DNA of 64,000 bases from Mytilus californianus. Taxonomy: Eukaryota. A program made the translations under genes and the position numbers. Shown one piece after another: positions 62,197 through 64,000 of this stretch. The DNA is taken from positions 94,488,001 to 94,552,000 of the forward strand of contig NW_026262712.1 in assembly GCF_021869535.1 (NCBI RefSeq), read 5' to 3'. Each line of letters opens with the position of its first letter. The first letter of the stretch is position 1. The notes below the pieces were generated by a model. The model was not told where the DNA came from. It saw nothing but the letters and a program-made list of their open reading frames with translations, and made no database searches.

Positions 62197-63538
62197 CAGT
62201 ACTCCACCATAAGTATTCGTAAATACAACAACGACGGTTACGTCACGGAAGAGTAAACAAGTTTTTGCTGTCGTCTCCATGTCACAATCGGGATGACAAT
62301 GAATCTATATATAGATTGTTCTGTAGAAAAACATGTGGTTGTCATGTGACATGTGCATGATGACGTCAGAGTGGTCTGCACTCACGTTGTAGCTAATGTA
62401 AACAAAATGGGTCGCAAGGGAAAAGAACTGACATCTGATCAGAAAAGTCGTCTCGCTGCATTAAATGATGCAGGTTACAGAAAAAGTGATATTGTCAAAT
62501 TGACAGAATCAAACAGAGTACGTTTACAGTTTTTTGAAGAGGTATGAACATAGGGGTGATATAGAAAACATTCGGAGATCAGGCAGACCAAAATCCTTTC
62601 ATGACCGGGACATGAGAAAACTTTCCCGTTGTGTGAAAAAACATCGCCGTAAATCTTTATCTGAAATTACTATTATTTTTAATGAGAGTATTGATCTACC
62701 TTTCTCAAAAAGAACTGTTCAACGTAAATTACATTCTGATGGGTTCCACAAGTGGTCAGTAAAGAAGAAAATTCGTATCCGTGAAGTCAACAAGAAAAAA
62801 CGAGTGGCATATTGCAGAGGAAATTTACATAAAACTGTTAATGCACACTGGAGCAAAGTAATTTTCAGCGATGAGTGCAAGGTAGTCATTGGGCAGGATT
62901 CTCGTGTCAGTATCTGGAGAAAGGTCGGAGAAGAGTGGTTGACGGATTGTATTTGCCCTCCATCTCAGTGCAAGTATAGTTTAATGATCTGGGGATGTAT
63001 TACTTACCATGGTGTCGGAACTATAACTGTTGTTGAAGGTAACATAAATGCCTTAAAATACATTGACATAATTGACAATAACGTGTGGCCAGTGGTTGTT
63101 CGTCATTTTCCAGATAATGACTACGTTTTTCAGGATGATAATGCCCCCGTCCATCGAGCCAGATCCGTTCAAGATTTTCGAAGGGAAACGGGTTTAAAAA
63201 GTATGAACTGGCCAGCTCAGAGTCCTGACCTCAATATTATTGAGAATTGTTGGTGGGTATTAAAAAGGGAACTGCAAAAACGAACTCAGAACATAAATAA
63301 TACCAAAGACCTGGAACGTGAAATTCGTGACATATGGGACAATTTAACTGTAACTTACCTGAAATCGTTGTATAACAGCATTCCTAGGCGTAATGAGGAA
63401 CAAAGGAAACATTACAAAGTATTAAGGTAGGATTTTTTTTATTTTGTTACTTGTTCAATAGTTCCAAGTTTTTTCATGTGTAGATTTACCTTGACTGGCG
63501 GCCATTTTGTTTTTACGAATACTTGTGGCGGACGACTG
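62197..63538 (+). mobile_element. Full-length Tc1 (DD34E) transposon, 1342 bp
   Basis: TA TSD; 27-bp TIRs CAGTACTCCACCATAAGTATTCGTAAA vs CAGTCGTCCGCCACAAGTATTCGTAAA. Confidence 0.95.
62408..63430 (+). pseudogene. Tc1 transposase, frameshifted
   Basis: MGRKGKELT.. then a frameshift near 62510; RSGRP, VIFSDE, FQDDNAPVH-34-SPDLNIIE; a second frameshift near the C-terminus (NKGNITKY* is out of frame). Confidence 0.9.
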
Positions 63539-63707
63539 TAGTTGACAGGCTGTTTGCATAAAGCTTTTTATTCATTGTGAAATAGTACATTTTGATATTT
63601 ATAAATGTTGATTGTGTACAATACTTTCATGTTGCACATTTGTATTATACTGCCTGTGCTTTATATTCAATAAAATACTTGATTTTGATTGGCTGAAACA
63701 AACTTAC

Positions 63708-63868
63708 ATCTTTAGTCATATGTCTATATACAGCTATAAGATCATTAGGTATTGACGACACCTCTCTGGCTTCTCTCATGAACTGTGGCCTCAGTGAATC
63801 TAATGTGTCTTCCAGTGAGTTCTGACGTCGTGGATAATCCAAACCCTGTACTGTATACCTTCTGTTAC
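63708..63868 (-). CDS. RAB11FIP: Penultimate coding exon of the Rab11-FIP gene
   Basis: Ends YRHMTKD|GTAAGT in phase 0 and joins ELIRIV, matching YAQLTHDELI of RAB11FIP1-type proteins. Acceptor at 63869-70 is tentative (alternative 7 nt downstream). Confidence 0.75.
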
Positions 63869-64000
63869 CTACACAATGATACATGGGAAGTTTGTTTATA
63901 TACCTCCTACAAACTTTATATCAATCATGGATATATTTTTTATCATACAATCAGCCCTTTCACTATACAAAAAAGGTGTACAAATAATATTATGTTATAA

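Overview
AT-rich eukaryotic DNA; the repeat families and receptor expansion suggest a bivalve mollusc, probably a mytilid mussel (inference). (1) A minus-strand cluster of five intronless ~413-aa Cys-loop (nAChR-like) genes. Four sit in a 6.3-7.0 kb tandem array (5.4-29.1 kb; copy 1 has a nonsense codon) and one divergent paralog lies at 46.2-47.4 kb. All lack the acetylcholine-binding loop C motif. (2) Each array spacer carries Penelope-like (Naiad-type) RT remnants and two type I hammerhead ribozyme motifs on the receptor coding strand. (3) A 9.3 kb array of a gag-only non-autonomous Gypsy-type element (LTR-int-LTR-int-LTR-int-LTR) with one 4-bp TSD and chimeric inner LTRs. Its 5' LTR carries a Penelope fragment with a further well-formed hammerhead. 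(4) Many MITEs (Harbinger-, Kolobok-, Tc1/mariner-type), a solo LTR, and a Helentron-type element with a nested Penelope RT. (5) The last two coding exons of a Rab11 family-interacting protein gene (minus strand), with a DD34E Tc1 transposon and a minisatellite in its last intron. Repeat boundaries were read by eye and are approximate unless a TSD is given.
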